A stretch of 62,641 nt of DNA, filler included, from Choristocarpus tenellus KU-1152 (Eukaryota > Protista > Phaeophyceae): the NCBI GenBank assembly GCA_964200185.2. It is 10 parts of 10 records of this genome, joined end to end, with 100 filler letters (N's around TTAATTAATTAA, not from the genome) between each part and the next. Parts side by side here need not be neighbours in the genome. Positions count along the whole stretch, not along the records: positions 18,533 to 26,323 come from CAXNAD020005576.1; positions 26,424 to 30,497 come from CAXNAD020016361.1; positions 30,598 to 35,450 come from CAXNAD020012789.1; positions 35,551 to 43,592 come from CAXNAD020005234.1; 6 more parts are not named here. One strand, 5' to 3'. A program made the position numbers and the translations under genes. The notes below the pieces were generated by a model that saw only the letters and a program-made list of their open reading frames with translations, was not told where the DNA came from and made no database searches. This document shows, piece by piece, positions 24,761 to 37,521 of this stretch (its first letter is position 1; the number at the start of each line of letters is the position of its first letter).

Positions 24761-26245
24761 CACCTTGTCAATACTAGAAGTGTATACTAGTACAGTTTGT
24801 ATATGTATACATGAACGCATGCAAACTCTATACAAAACCCCCTTTTCGTGGTCTTGCGTCTTGAGTATCCTTTGCTCACGGAGATATATTCAAATGGCCC
24901 AGAACCTTGACTTTCATAGACTTTGAGAAGGATTAAGGATTGTATCCACCAACCTACACAGCAAAAGCGTGTCCCGAAGGACGCCTTCCATATATTACCA
25001 ACTTTAAATGCTTTCGTCCTCTTCTATACTATTATGCTGTTCTATCTCTACCAACACCAATCCAATTTCTTTTAAAGTTTCATATCATGTCCCAACCCTG
25101 AACCTACCTAGCTCTCCATGCACATTATTCTTATGGTCAGCTGACCCTTTAAAGCCTATGTTAGTGCATATTATCGTGTTCTGTTGTGTTTTGTGTTGTG
25201 TTATGTTATGTTATGTTATGTCATGTTGTGTTTTGTCCACCTGCTCTATTGGGGTACAAGGGACAAATGCATTTGCCATACATATTATGCCCTGTTTCAC
25301 TACCAAAAAGGTATCTCTCACTGATGGTGTTTTCAATATTATTCCTTTTTTTTCCATGGTGATGGTGATGCAAATATGAATCATTTTGAAACAAATTTTA
25401 CTAGTATGAATAATGTTAACAAGTGATATTAATGTCGGCATTCTTTAAGATGTGATTTTAAGATGTGATCTTTATTTTATTATTGTTAAATCAAGGAATA
25501 TTAATGTTATCGATGTTAAGGAGTGATCTTAATATTACTAATGTTCACAAGTGATAATAATGTTAGTAATCTTAACAGGTGATCCTTTTTTTACTATTGA
25601 TAAATCAAGGGATATCTTAATATTTCTGAGGTCAACATGTGATACTTTAGTACTGATAATGTTAACCAATGGTCTCAATATTATTATTATTAACAAGGGA
25701 TAAGAGTCAAGTACTGTCAGGATGAATTACATCCCATTGGGTTGACATAAGACTTGTGGCGGATGCAACATTTGATTTTTTTATTATTTCACGTGTCCCA
25801 AACCCCTTAGATGACCTCATTATTCTTGTTTCTTAAATACATTTTACAAAAAAGGTTTTAATTCATATTTTAATAAAACATACCTTTATTTTTGGTCCAA
25901 TTTTTTTTTTTTTCAATTTGCATATATATGCATATATATATATTCTTGCCTTGGTTGTACCCTACATTTAAAAAATAGCATTATACATATAATTAAATTT
26001 CTGCCTTTCACCCTCTCGGCTGTTGCATGTCTGAAAAGTGCTCCTCTAGACTACGGTTCCATTTTTTTTTTCATTAAAAGTCCCACAAGTTTTTTTTTGT
26101 TGTTGTGGAAGAATACGAGCTTCCGAGAAAATATATAAATGAATCTCCTCCCCCTCCCCCTCCCCCCCTCCCCCTCTCGCTATCCAATTTTTCTGCTACT
26201 TTGCTGGAGATGAGTGTGGTCGTTCTTGCTAGTCAAAATACCCCC

Positions 26246-26283
<38 letters not shown>

Positions 26284-26638
26284 ACCTTTACTTTTTTTTT
26301 TTTTTTTTATTTTTTTTATTTTTNNNNNNNNNNNNNNNNNNNNNNNNNNNNNNNNNNNNNNNNNNNNTTAATTAATTAANNNNNNNNNNNNNNNNNNNNN
26401 NNNNNNNNNNNNNNNNNNNNNNNTCAGATATTGCTGGTGGAACTTGAACAAAGGGTACCTAAGGGGACCCAAAGTATCTGCGAGGGGGGGGGGGGGGTTA
26501 TCCAGGGAGGGTAGCTCCCATGTACACGGCAAATAATTTTAACATATTTTGCCTCCCCAATAGTAACACCAACCCAGCCTCCACCTATATAAAGGCTCAA
26601 ATCAAGTCACATGCATGGTGACAGCAGGATGAATTATA

Positions 26639-26892
26639 GAGTGAAAGCATCTTAGAGAGTACGAGTTTTTCCCTGTTTGTCCGTTTGGGGCTTGGCCTCG
26701 CAAATGTTTTTAATGACATTACCTTCTCCAAAATATTTCGGATTAGGTAAAATGCGTATACATTATGAGAAGGTGTGTCTAGAACAAGGATATCGACACT
26801 TTCTACTAAACACGATAGCCAAAATTACATCAAAATCGCAACATTGCATTTTGTCCCCCAAATGGACATACCGTCTAAAGATACTTTGGCTC
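26639..26892 (+). mobile_element. MITE family A copy
   Basis: Same TIRs and internal sequence; flanks ATA/ATT. Confidence 0.85.
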
Positions 26893-28049
26893 ATTTCCTT
26901 GTACAGAAAGTAGAAGATTTATTGCATGGTTGTGGGAGGCACGCGATCAAGATACGCAAAAACGACAGCATCCTTTCTTTGCTTGCCTCCATGACATGGA
27001 CGATATATATTGTACTTTATCCTGATGGGGGGCAGAATCCATGGATGCTAATCTAGGTTAGGTTCAGCAGGGCGCCTCAGCCAGGTCATAATTGGTGATG
27101 TTTATGTTGTATGAAGGATGGGGCATAACAACAGCCCAACAGGGCACACAATGCACATCCAACACTTTCTATTCCTTCAGCATTGCATCAAGTTCCGTCA
27201 ACGGAATCGATCACCTCCTGCTTGTCGTAGAGGGCAGCCCTCGTGAGAACTTCTATGTGCGATAGCATCGAGGTGATTGCAAATGGAAGTTGCTGTTTGC
27301 AGTTTCGTGGATACATAGAAGATATGCTTGCTTTTCCAAGAACGTGATGTTTGGGCAAATTCTAGCCGAGAAACCGAGTGTGATAACGGGAAAAGATGAG
27401 CACAGTCACCGGACACACACACGTCATACACTGTCTGCTGAGCTTTCGATCGAATGGGGGGGTCTGGCTTAGGATAAACTACTCCTCGATTGTGGTATAT
27501 ATGCGTTTCTGGTTGGTCTACAGGAGTTGATACGATTTTCTGGCGCGCAAAAGTGAATTGTGGATAAATGTTGAGGTTGGATCTGATATATTATTTTTTC
27601 TTGCTCGGGATTTGACTACTGGACTTATTTAATTTTCCACGTGCTGATTTTTTTTCCTTCACTTTGTTCTTATGTTCTTATTTTGCGGTATTCCGTTCTT
27701 CATTCTCCATAGATATATCATATATGTTCTGTCCACTTTTCTCTTCTCTATCTTTTGCTTTCTAATCGATCATTGGGGGTTCAAGCAATTTGGATCCACC
27801 ATGATGTATGTTGGTTGCTTCTTTCATCACAACGTCATCTATCTTCACCTCGAACAGAATTACATCATGTATGAAACTGATGGGTGATCTTCACTTAGAT
27901 TGAAGACTATTCTTACCCTATGATAATACTATAGACACTCCATTGCTTCTCACAATTTATTACTGCGAGTTAAGTGTTTGACTAGGAGTAATTGTAATGC
28001 CAACATTCTTGACTTGTTTCTCCATGGAATGATATTCGCTCAGTCTCGC

Positions 28050-28510
28050 CTTCCTCGAATATTCTGCTGGATTGTGTTACCATTGCTCTGCAATCAAGGG
28101 TTGCCGTATCGTTCTTGATCTGATGTTCTTCTTATAAAGTAGTGTGTACAAATTCGATATATAATTATTCTACTTTCATGTTGTGGTCTTTAGAAAAAAA
28201 ATCGAAATTCGACTTCTACGACAGAGACGTGAAATGGAGTGCATATATAAATGAAGCGATGGGATTCGATCCGAATGGGAAAAAGACTTCGTCGAGACAA
28301 CTAGCAGAACCAAAGTCTAGTATTCATCCGTTGGAATGTTGAACCACCTTCCGACTTGGTTGAGCAGATATGAGAACAAGATGAACAAAGAAAGGATGTC
28401 GAATCAACGGATTGTAGTACTGTATAGAACCCATCGTCCATACATTGTTAGAGGAAGAGTTACTGTTACTGAGTAATTGGTACAAGAGATGATTATGGTA
28501 TGTATATAGT
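28050..28510 (-). mobile_element. Highly decayed Ty3/Gypsy-like pol remnant (RNase H then integrase)
   Basis: Broken frames YTYHNHLLYQLL..GRWVL.., VFFPFGSNPIASFIYALHFTS and LQSNG, in RH-then-INT order; weak. Confidence 0.3.
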
Positions 28511-29624
28511 TTTCATTGGTTTCCCCCTGACACATCTGCAAAATGTCAGAGGGCATTATAATAAAATAATATATATATTATGACATGAAAATGAAAATAT
28601 ATACCGAGTCACTTTTTATTTTGTAGTAGTTGTTATTATGGAGACTGGTTCTGTGTGAAGGGGGGTGACAAGAATCACCACAAAGCAGATAGAAAAAGGA
28701 AGTGAAGGAATGTTGAGCATATGTTGAATTTTCAAAGTCGCATGTTGACCAATCTCCATTGTGATTGGCAGCGACAAATCAGAACAGAAAACACTCTCTC
28801 GGACGCAAATGCATACGACTGCTCGTATTATCCACGTAAGTGTGGAGATCCCCAAGAAGTGAACCTGTCCCTGACGTAATTTTACATCTATTTACACACA
28901 ACTACGGCAATAACAGTAGTAAACAGTGGAGGAACCCACCACCCATCCACATAGTAGAGCACAACGAATTTCAAGGTTGTTGGTATGGTCTAACTCAAGT
29001 ATACTACATTACAAGGATTTATACAATAACACAACGGATGCGAGGATGAAGGACCGTCCAACAATGCAATATGTCTCCAATCGGTCACATCGCAACTAAG
29101 TAGGTGTTATCGTGGAGAAGTGTCAAGGTACACGAGAGCTACCCAGTTCTTGACCGTTTTGGATAATAATCCACTCTTTTAATCTCTTGCGATTCACCTA
29201 TATTTCTATGGATGAAGTGTGAAAATCGAGAGGGTTGATTTCTCTATTATTTTTAACCTTCCCACACAATTCGGTAAATACCCTATAGGCATTTATAAAG
29301 AAAAAGGAAAGTTCGCAAGTATTTGGGGGCATCCTTCAGATGCAACTTTGCCCACCTCTCGTTACTTTTGACTTGAAGGAACAGTAATAATACATGAAAT
29401 ACATTTATGCATACAACATACTCAGATTCGAGGTCGAAGGCAGGACAAAAAGGAGAGGAAACTGAAAGAAAACTTCTAGTACCTAACAAAAAAAGGCAGA
29501 AAGAGCACTGAGCGAGAATGCAGCAAAGAAATGCATTGAGAGTGTGAATAAGACATGAACAGAATGCGGAGAAATGAAATGACATAACAAAATATACCAA
29601 CAAAAAACCCAACAAAAAAAACCC

Positions 29625-29839
29625 TTGAGTCCTTTTCACATTCTAGCCCACATTTCTTATGTTGTGCAATACATTCTATTTCTTTGCTTTATGTGCACAA
29701 AATTGCACACAAAATTGACATTCCCCCTTTCCACAGACAAAGTGACACGACAATTCAGTGACGGGTCTTCCTCCAAATGTACCAAATGACCTTTTCTTCT
29801 TTTTTTGGGATCCTCAAAATGCAATCTTGCCTACCTCTC
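29625..29839 (+). mobile_element. MITE family B, diverged copy lacking a clear left TIR
   Basis: Colinear similarity to ~50845-51052 (tatgtgcacaaa...ccctttccaca...gtgacac..caattcag...tgcctacctctc). Confidence 0.6.
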
Positions 29840-31509
29840 ACTTATTTCCTGTTTTTAAAAGACAAGAAGAGAAAGGGGCAACATATATATGTGTGTGTAC
29901 CGAGCAATCGGTCCCAGTGTGAACCAGCACCGCACCAATACCGAGATCCAAATTCTGGACCTCGATTCGTCCAGAAGACGGAGAAACAACAAGAAGGCCA
30001 AACACGACAACAGTACATAAATAATGATGATAGAATAGATGACTTTCATGAAGAAAATCGAGAAAGTTCCACCGACAAGGCAATGCCAGACGATAAACAA
30101 CTGGAAGAGCCAGTGCCAAGGAGGGATGCCCTTGACAATCTTTGTGTGTCGTGCTACTCAATCTTCTTGAATCCTGTCCCTACGTAGTTTGCATTGCTGT
30201 AATAGTAGTATCCGAGACATTTTTTTGTTCAGATTGAAGCCTGGTTACGTATTACAGATAGAGGCGACTAACCAACATACTATTCAGGTTCCCCAGACAG
30301 GCATGGAGAGCTCACAGTGGGGGATTCATCCAGCAAGAAACACCTGCCATTCAGCAAAGAAACGCCTCAAAGCCCCATCACAACGAAAAATGCATAAATT
30401 GTACGCAAAGGACACAATGGAGGGGGGGGGGGGAAAAAACCAAGGAAGGAAAATTTTTCGAGGGCGGCGTCCGAAAAAAAAGCAGGAAAAACAGACANNN
30501 NNNNNNNNNNNNNNNNNNNNNNNNNNNNNNNNNNNNNNNNNTTAATTAATTAANNNNNNNNNNNNNNNNNNNNNNNNNNNNNNNNNNNNNNNNNNNNCAT
30601 CCTCATAGTCCCGCTTCATCCTCAATTTTGAGAATCTGCTGTTAATTGTTACACTACGACTAATTATACTGTGGTTCTCGTTCCAGTCTCGTTCCCCTCG
30701 GTTTGGGTTCAGAATTCCGACTGCCTGTCCCTCTCTCCCTGTTCCCCCTGCAATCTTCTATCGGATCGCCCTGAGGTTCCCACCTAAATCTTGGTCTGCC
30801 CTTTAATGGTAAAAAGCCGAGATATCTGCGAAAACAAGACTGATGATGTCGAAAGGTGTCGACCCGCCAAATTGTTTCTATTAAGAACTGTTAAGTGTTA
30901 CATTCACCAATCAACACATACCGTAGTAGTTGTAAAGTGTCGGCAGTTACCTGCTTCATCAACTTTGTCGTACGATCACTTTTGATCAACAGCGAATGGT
31001 TTCATGGAAATTAGTTTGTTGTGATCGCATCAGCATGGTTAACCTTATTTGATTGGTCTCGGTTGGTCAACTTACAATAATCGTGAGAAATACAGGACCA
31101 TACTGAAATCAAGGAGTCCGCGCGCATGGTTCGCGTGGGGGAGCCATGCGACGCGCGCGAACCGCGCATTTGAGGATTATTTTGACCCAAGAAGAGGCCA
31201 TCTTCACTTGGAGAACATGGGCGTTGTTGTCTCTCCATTCTCTTTCTATTATTTCCCGTGTATGCGATGCTGTCGCCTGCTGGCTAAGGCTCACTCATGG
31301 GGCCTAGGCCTCTGAACCAGACAATCGATGCCAACTCAAATGAGGTATTCTGAAGGTGCAGGTCTCCTGTGAGACTTAAATGTCTTGTACACCCTGTCTA
31401 ATTTGGTGCACTCCATGCCTTTCTAGTTGGAATATATCAGATGGTAAGCAATACTCATCCTGAAGAACCTCTCCATGATTACTCTGGAATGGCTTAAACA
31501 GTATTGAGC

Positions 31510-31860
31510 CGAGGCCAGTCCACGTACCGTTTTGGTGGTGACAAATAATCTTGATATTTTTGAAAGGGTTGCCCAATGAGTTAGACAACGATCAGCATAT
31601 CAAATGAAAGCCCTGGATCTAAGCTATCACTGATCCAAAGGACGTTTTTCGGAAAAATATGTTTGGTCGTGATAATTCATTCCGGAGCATTTCCAAGGTT
31701 GTGCCGAAAACATTCGGCTAACATTTAACCTTACCAAAAACATTTCCGAAAAAATTCCTTTGTACCAGTGATAACTTAGATCGAGAGATTTTATTTGATA
31801 TATGCTTATCGTCGTTTAACTCATTGGGCAACTCTTAAGAAAAAATCAAGACTGGTCTTG
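31510..31860. mobile_element. Foldback/MITE-like element with very long imperfect TIRs (>100 bp), upstream of the F-box/SNF2 exon
   Basis: 31549-31668 (tcttgatatttttgaaagggttgcccaatgagttagacaacgatcagcatatcaaatgaaagccctggatctaagctatcactga...) is the imperfect reverse complement of ~31734-31851; outer ends cgaggccagtc / gactggtcttg. Confidence 0.75.
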
Positions 31861-31929
31861 CCCTAGATGTGACTGCCAACACTATAAAGATATATCGATG
31901 CTCCAGAGTGCTCTGTCTCTGCTCTGTAG

Positions 31930-33513
31930 TTGCCCCCTCCCACAAAACTTATGTTTGCATTCCCAACCAAGCTTAATCCGCCTTGTTTTTGCCCCAACAT
32001 GACTAGCAGCCGGAGAAAGGAAGTCTCTTTGACACGAATACGACTGTGGTTCACTGTAGATGTCACCTCCGAGGAAATCGTCGATGTGGCAGATGTATGG
32101 GTGCCTTGCCAAATGATCTTGGTTGACACGGTCGAGGTTTGTACCTCGTTGGTTCAACTAAGTCACAAGAGTCCTGTGCTTGCCTCACTTTTTAAATCGG
32201 TAAGGATGGCTGATATCACGAGTCCTATTCTAGTCGATCTTTCCCTTAGGCGTTGCAGGGAAGACCTCCTGGTGTGGAGGGACCCCAAAGGACACTCCGA
32301 TACAAAGCAATTGATGCCTGGAACAAGTCCGTTGTTTGAGGCGAAGACTGAATTTTGGGCAGAAATCGATATCTCGGCGAGGCCAAACGAAAGGTTGGGC
32401 ACACCAACGCAATGGATGTTCGTTCGACCTCTACTTGCACACGTTGTTGACCACTCCCGTGAAGACGCCCGTGGATCACTGCCCATTGCATCGTCACCAA
32501 GTTGTCTCAAAACGGTTGCAGAGGGTAATGGGGCTGGCAGGGTGGGAGAAAAGACAGTTTACTCTCTGGAGGGAGTATATGATTCGCTCAGGAATAATCC
32601 AGAGGGGTTGCAGCATCCTCCAAACTTACAAGGGCAGGCGTCGCTGGGACCGGGTACTGGGGCGACTGGACTTAACGCCACACCCACCCCTGTGATGCTC
32701 AAAGGCAAGCAGGTTTGAGGGGAAGCTTTCTTCTTGGCCGACATTACTGTTCCCATATGACAACAGTTCCTATCCTCGCTTGTAAGAACTGGTACGAGCG
32801 GCTGGATATTGGCCGGTTACCATGCCACGCCAAAACAACCTAACCCACTTCACTCCGCCCTCCTGCCTTGTATGTACTGGGCACCTTCAGTGGCACAATA
32901 CCTCCCAGCGTCTTCCTTAGATGCATTGACTGGGACTTGCCGAGACCAGCACTGGGCTTGCTCAGCTTTTGTGCCCGGTCTCCGCTTGGACCTCTTCCCG
33001 CACCAGGCGAAGGTCAGAACTCTTCAGCACGCCAGAGTATTGCCTAATGGCCACCGTGCGAAGCCAGTTTACGGATTGAAGGATAGGCATCAGTACACGA
33101 CCTGTACTTCCCTTCCCTACACCTCACCATGTTGCTATTGCATGTTCCCTCTTTGATCCAAATTTGACCCTCTTTTCAACCCAACCTGTTGCAGGGCTTG
33201 AAGTGGATGCGTTGGAGGGAACGAAAGAGACCAGAACGACCGCACCCTGAACTAATACCACTGCTAACCTCACCAACCCCAAGTGGTCACATGTGCGGGA
33301 GTCTTGTTGGGGGGAGCAGCAATGGGATTAGTTACCCTCGGACTGGAGGTGTCAAGGGACAGCTATGGATGAGTGCTGTGGATGGCTTGGTGACTTCCAA
33401 CCCACCTACCCCAGCTCTGCCTGTACGAGGGGGTATGCTGTGCGATATGCCTGGGCTTGGGAAAACCATCACAGTACTTGCGCTGCTGCTGCAGACCAAG
33501 GGGTTGATGCCAG
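31930..33513 (+). CDS. F-box + SNF2-family helicase/ATPase (At3g54460-like), partial; exons 31930-32704, 32891-33012, 33195-33513
   Basis: F-box-like GLNATPTPVMLKVAQYLPASSLDALTGTCR, then SNF2 Q-motif LDLFPHQAKGLKWMRWRE and Walker A RGGMLCDMPGLGKTITVLALLLQTKG. Same order as recalled for the plant F-box/SNF2 protein At3g54460. The first junction requires a GC donor. Confidence 0.8.
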
Positions 33514-36500
33514 GTGAGCCTCGATTTAGATGGAGGTTGGTGTTCACAATTATTATATAGAGGGGTGCAAAGAACTTGTAGGGTCTACCTTGTACTTGTA
33601 GTGTGGTTTAAGCTGCTATTCTTGACTGTTTGAGTTGACTGGAGATTGGCACTTGGAGTGGGGATTGTATGTGCCATTTTTCGTAGCTGACTAACACCCA
33701 AATTAGTTTTCTCATGGGGTGCACGTGCTCATTATTCGTTTCTGTGAGGCCATTGGCAGCCCAGACCCTATCACAAGTTAACAATTTTGAACTACCTCAC
33801 ACTCTATATTTCATTTCTTAATTGTGCATTTAGTGGGGGCTTTGGTTATGTAGTTTTATTGTTGGGGAATTGAAGTGTGCTGCCATTGGTCAGCGAAACA
33901 TGTGCAAACCAATATAACCCTAACCCTAATCAATATTATTGGAGATGGTGCTAATCCTATGCGCAAGACTAGTGTGAGGCCTTACTACTACTTTCCTGGA
34001 GTTAGGCATAAATTTTTCTGGGCCTCTGGTCTGGTTGTGTCAGATGCCATCTCTACAACGAGCTGTTGAAGTGAAGTTCAAGACGAAGAGTACTTCAAAA
34101 CCATTCAGAACACTTTTTTTTTAGTAGGCGTAACAATCCGTCGCGTACACTAATTTTCTAGGTACTCTGTAACACAGTCATATTTGCGAGTGTGACAGAG
34201 TATCATACTCGCTAAAAGAGGCCTCGATAAGTATATTTTTTATAAGCAGTGTTTGCCAGCGACGACAATGGTTACTTACTCTTGCTAGAAAAAAACAACT
34301 GTGGTAGTAGAATAGGGATGATATTGTACCGTGAACAGAGGTGTCAATACTTCGTGGTAAGCCATGTTTTGCTAGGAGCGGTAAACAAACCCCGACATCA
34401 TAGTCGCTTATTACCCTCCCAGGGACCTACCTAGTCCGTCTGATTCATGAAGAAAAGCTGTGGCAAGGGTAAAATACGCGCAAGCAACTTAAAAAAAAAA
34501 AAAACTTAAAAAGAAAAGCTGTTGGGAATTCAATCAGATTCTGTTATCGTGAATACAATCAATCAGACCGATTGATTAGCTACCGTGTGGAAGGCGTCTC
34601 CGTTTTTGAATTGTGCTAGGGCTGTGCTTTTGATGGTCCACTGGCATCAAGGTGTCCACGAGGGTCTACTCTCCAAGAGGAACCTGTTGGTGACAACCCT
34701 CTACTCTGATTGGTCCTGTGTGAGGATGGATGCGAGGATATCACCTTAGTGAGTGTACACATGGCCACTACTAATGTTCTGAGTGGTGACCATTTTTTTA
34801 TAATTAATTATATTAATAATAATAAAATAAAAATAAAAGTTTTTTTTTTATCAAGTTTTTTTTTTTAATAAGTTATTTCCTGTTGCCTTATGCTGTGCTG
34901 GTCTGAGGGAATGAGTTTGTCGACCGCTTGTGCTTGTTCCTGTCACCATTGCAATGTCATGGTTGGAAGGGACTGTTGACAGGATATGGGCCAAGGATGA
35001 TGTTAGTGGAAACAATATGCTGTAACTGTTTACTTGATATTTGTGACAGTTACAGCCTGGGAATTGCCTGTTTTCGATTTGCACCAGACCCATGCGTGTC
35101 ACGGAATCAGGGATGTGGGGGCGCAGCCCTATCATTTTGTTTTCCAGTACCTGTGTACAGGTATGAGCAGGCAATTTACACCCTCACTGCCATGGACCTT
35201 GTGGTTTGTAGGAGAATGACACCCTTCATTTACAAGAAGGCCATGGTCTTTTCTGTTCTTAGTTTTTACTGGGTTTTGGTGATCCAATGTTTTGCAGGCA
35301 AGTATCTGGGCCTAAAGCTGTAGAATTAGTTTCAATAAAGGTGGATATTGTGTCAGTAACCTTCAACCATGTTGTTTTCTCCTTTTTTGGGGGGCGCCCC
35401 AGTGCTTGGGTGCCGTGTTGCTGACTAATATATAACTCCACATTGGCACCNNNNNNNNNNNNNNNNNNNNNNNNNNNNNNNNNNNNNNNNNNNNTTAATT
35501 AATTAANNNNNNNNNNNNNNNNNNNNNNNNNNNNNNNNNNNNNNNNNNNNCTACCTCGCCCGAACTTGACCTCCCCTCCCACCCTAAGATCCAAGTCGGT
35601 CGTGAGCAAGCGACAGGGCGGGTGGGCGGGAAAGCTTGCTCGGGGGTCCTCTTTGTTCTAGCACCCCTCTCCTTGTTACCCCCCCTCCGGTTTCTTCTCC
35701 AATTCAATACTGACCATCCCTTCATTCCTTGTGCCTCTGCCTGCCACTCAATTCTTTAACCTCCCAACTGTTCCTTAACTCTTCGTACATTCTTTGTTGA
35801 TTCTTCTTTTCTTTCTTGTCCCCTTCCTTGCCCCATGCCCCAACCAACCAGAATTCTTCCGCTCACAAAACTCAGATTACTTCATAAACTTTCACAATAA
35901 TTCACAGCACGTTTTTGATAAAAGTAGGAAGTCTAGTGTCGACCAGGTTTTCACCTGAAAGGTGTAAATTGGAAGCCACCACCTTAACGACTAACGATTA
36001 GAAGTAGTACTATATGAATATTTTTATGCTCTAAGAGAGATTGGAGAAGAGGAAAAATTACGTAAGGAGAAACAACAAATATTAAATTACACTATAGAGT
36101 AGTGATAATATATCTCACATAATTTAAAAAATGTTTAGAGGTTACGATAAATATACTTTAGGGATTTTTTTGAGATGTGAATAGTTTTCATTAGTTTTCC
36201 CCATAGGACATCTGCAAAATGTCAAAGAGAAAAATAATAAACATTAATATGATATCACATACACGAAGTTGTACGCAAGACGATGGAGAAGAGCAATAGA
36301 AAGCAAAACTTCTAAACTGAATATATAAGCCAATGGAGAAGCAGTATTGATGTATGTTATTACTTCTCAAATATTGCATTATATTGATTTTTATGTAGTA
36401 TATATACTCTTATACCCTATGAGAAATTACATGTGCGTCAGGAAAAAAGTCAAACCAATATCACAAGGATCCTTGTAAAAGTGCAGTTGTCGTTAATTTT

Positions 36501-37521
36501 ATAGATATCTCTCTAAAATCTATTTACTATTTAATACTACTACCTGTACTACAAACGCTTCCTTTAAGGTTTGAAATTACAACGCTAGTGTGTATTTTAC
36601 TGCTATGGCTCCAACTTAGCTTAACCCTACACAACTGGGAGAGGAGCTAGGGAAGCATCCCAAGAATCTGACACGCCCCTTCTTACCTACCTGCCTGGTG
36701 TCTCCAGCCAGCTTGAAACCAAGGACACGTCTTGAGAGAGGCCCTTGTGTATTGGCAGACACTATCTATATTATATTGTATTAAACCCCTTAACATTATC
36801 TATCGTAAGCGGGATTTGACATTCCCTTTTCTGCTATAACTTCCACGCCCTCTCCCCCCTACTTCATATATACATTATTATATCCTCTATAATATTACAG
36901 ATATGTTGGGGGAAAAACCAATGAAAAGTCAGTTAAATATCAAAAGAATCCCTGTAAAAGTAACATTTATCGTAAATTTGAAAGACATTTTTCTATGATC
37001 TATTTACTATTTTACTACTACCTATGCTGCACCACTCCACTCCTCCTATGCTTCCAACCTAGCTCAGCTCTTCGTGAAAGGTAGAGAACCACACCTGTAA
37101 TGTATCATTGGCTTTTCCCCTAACACATCTCCAAAATATCACAAAGCATAATCGTAAATTAGTATCAGTTGTCGTAAAAGTAACAGTGGTATATCATAGT
37201 ATACCTACCTTCACAATGTTACAACATTTATGTATTATCTATTTACGTTATGATCATTTTTTAGACATCTAAAAAAAATCAACAGAAACTATTTCATATC
37301 AGAATAGACCCTAAAAAAATTATCTATTCCAACTACAGATTATTTTGTTGAAAGGAAGAGGGAAATTTCTGGATGTCAAAATGTGAGAGGCGATAATAAT
37401 ATATATTAGTGGGATAGGGACATCTAAGGCAAGATTCCTATGTAATTCAGGATTCTTGAAAACAACAGTACAAAAAATGCAACCTTCATCTCCATTGAAC
37501 TTCACATCACTGAACAAACAG

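Noticed and set aside
23841-24926. 361-aa ORF and overlapping Cys/Tyr/His-rich ORFs
   Set aside because: Produced by stop-free microsatellites inside the RPE intron.
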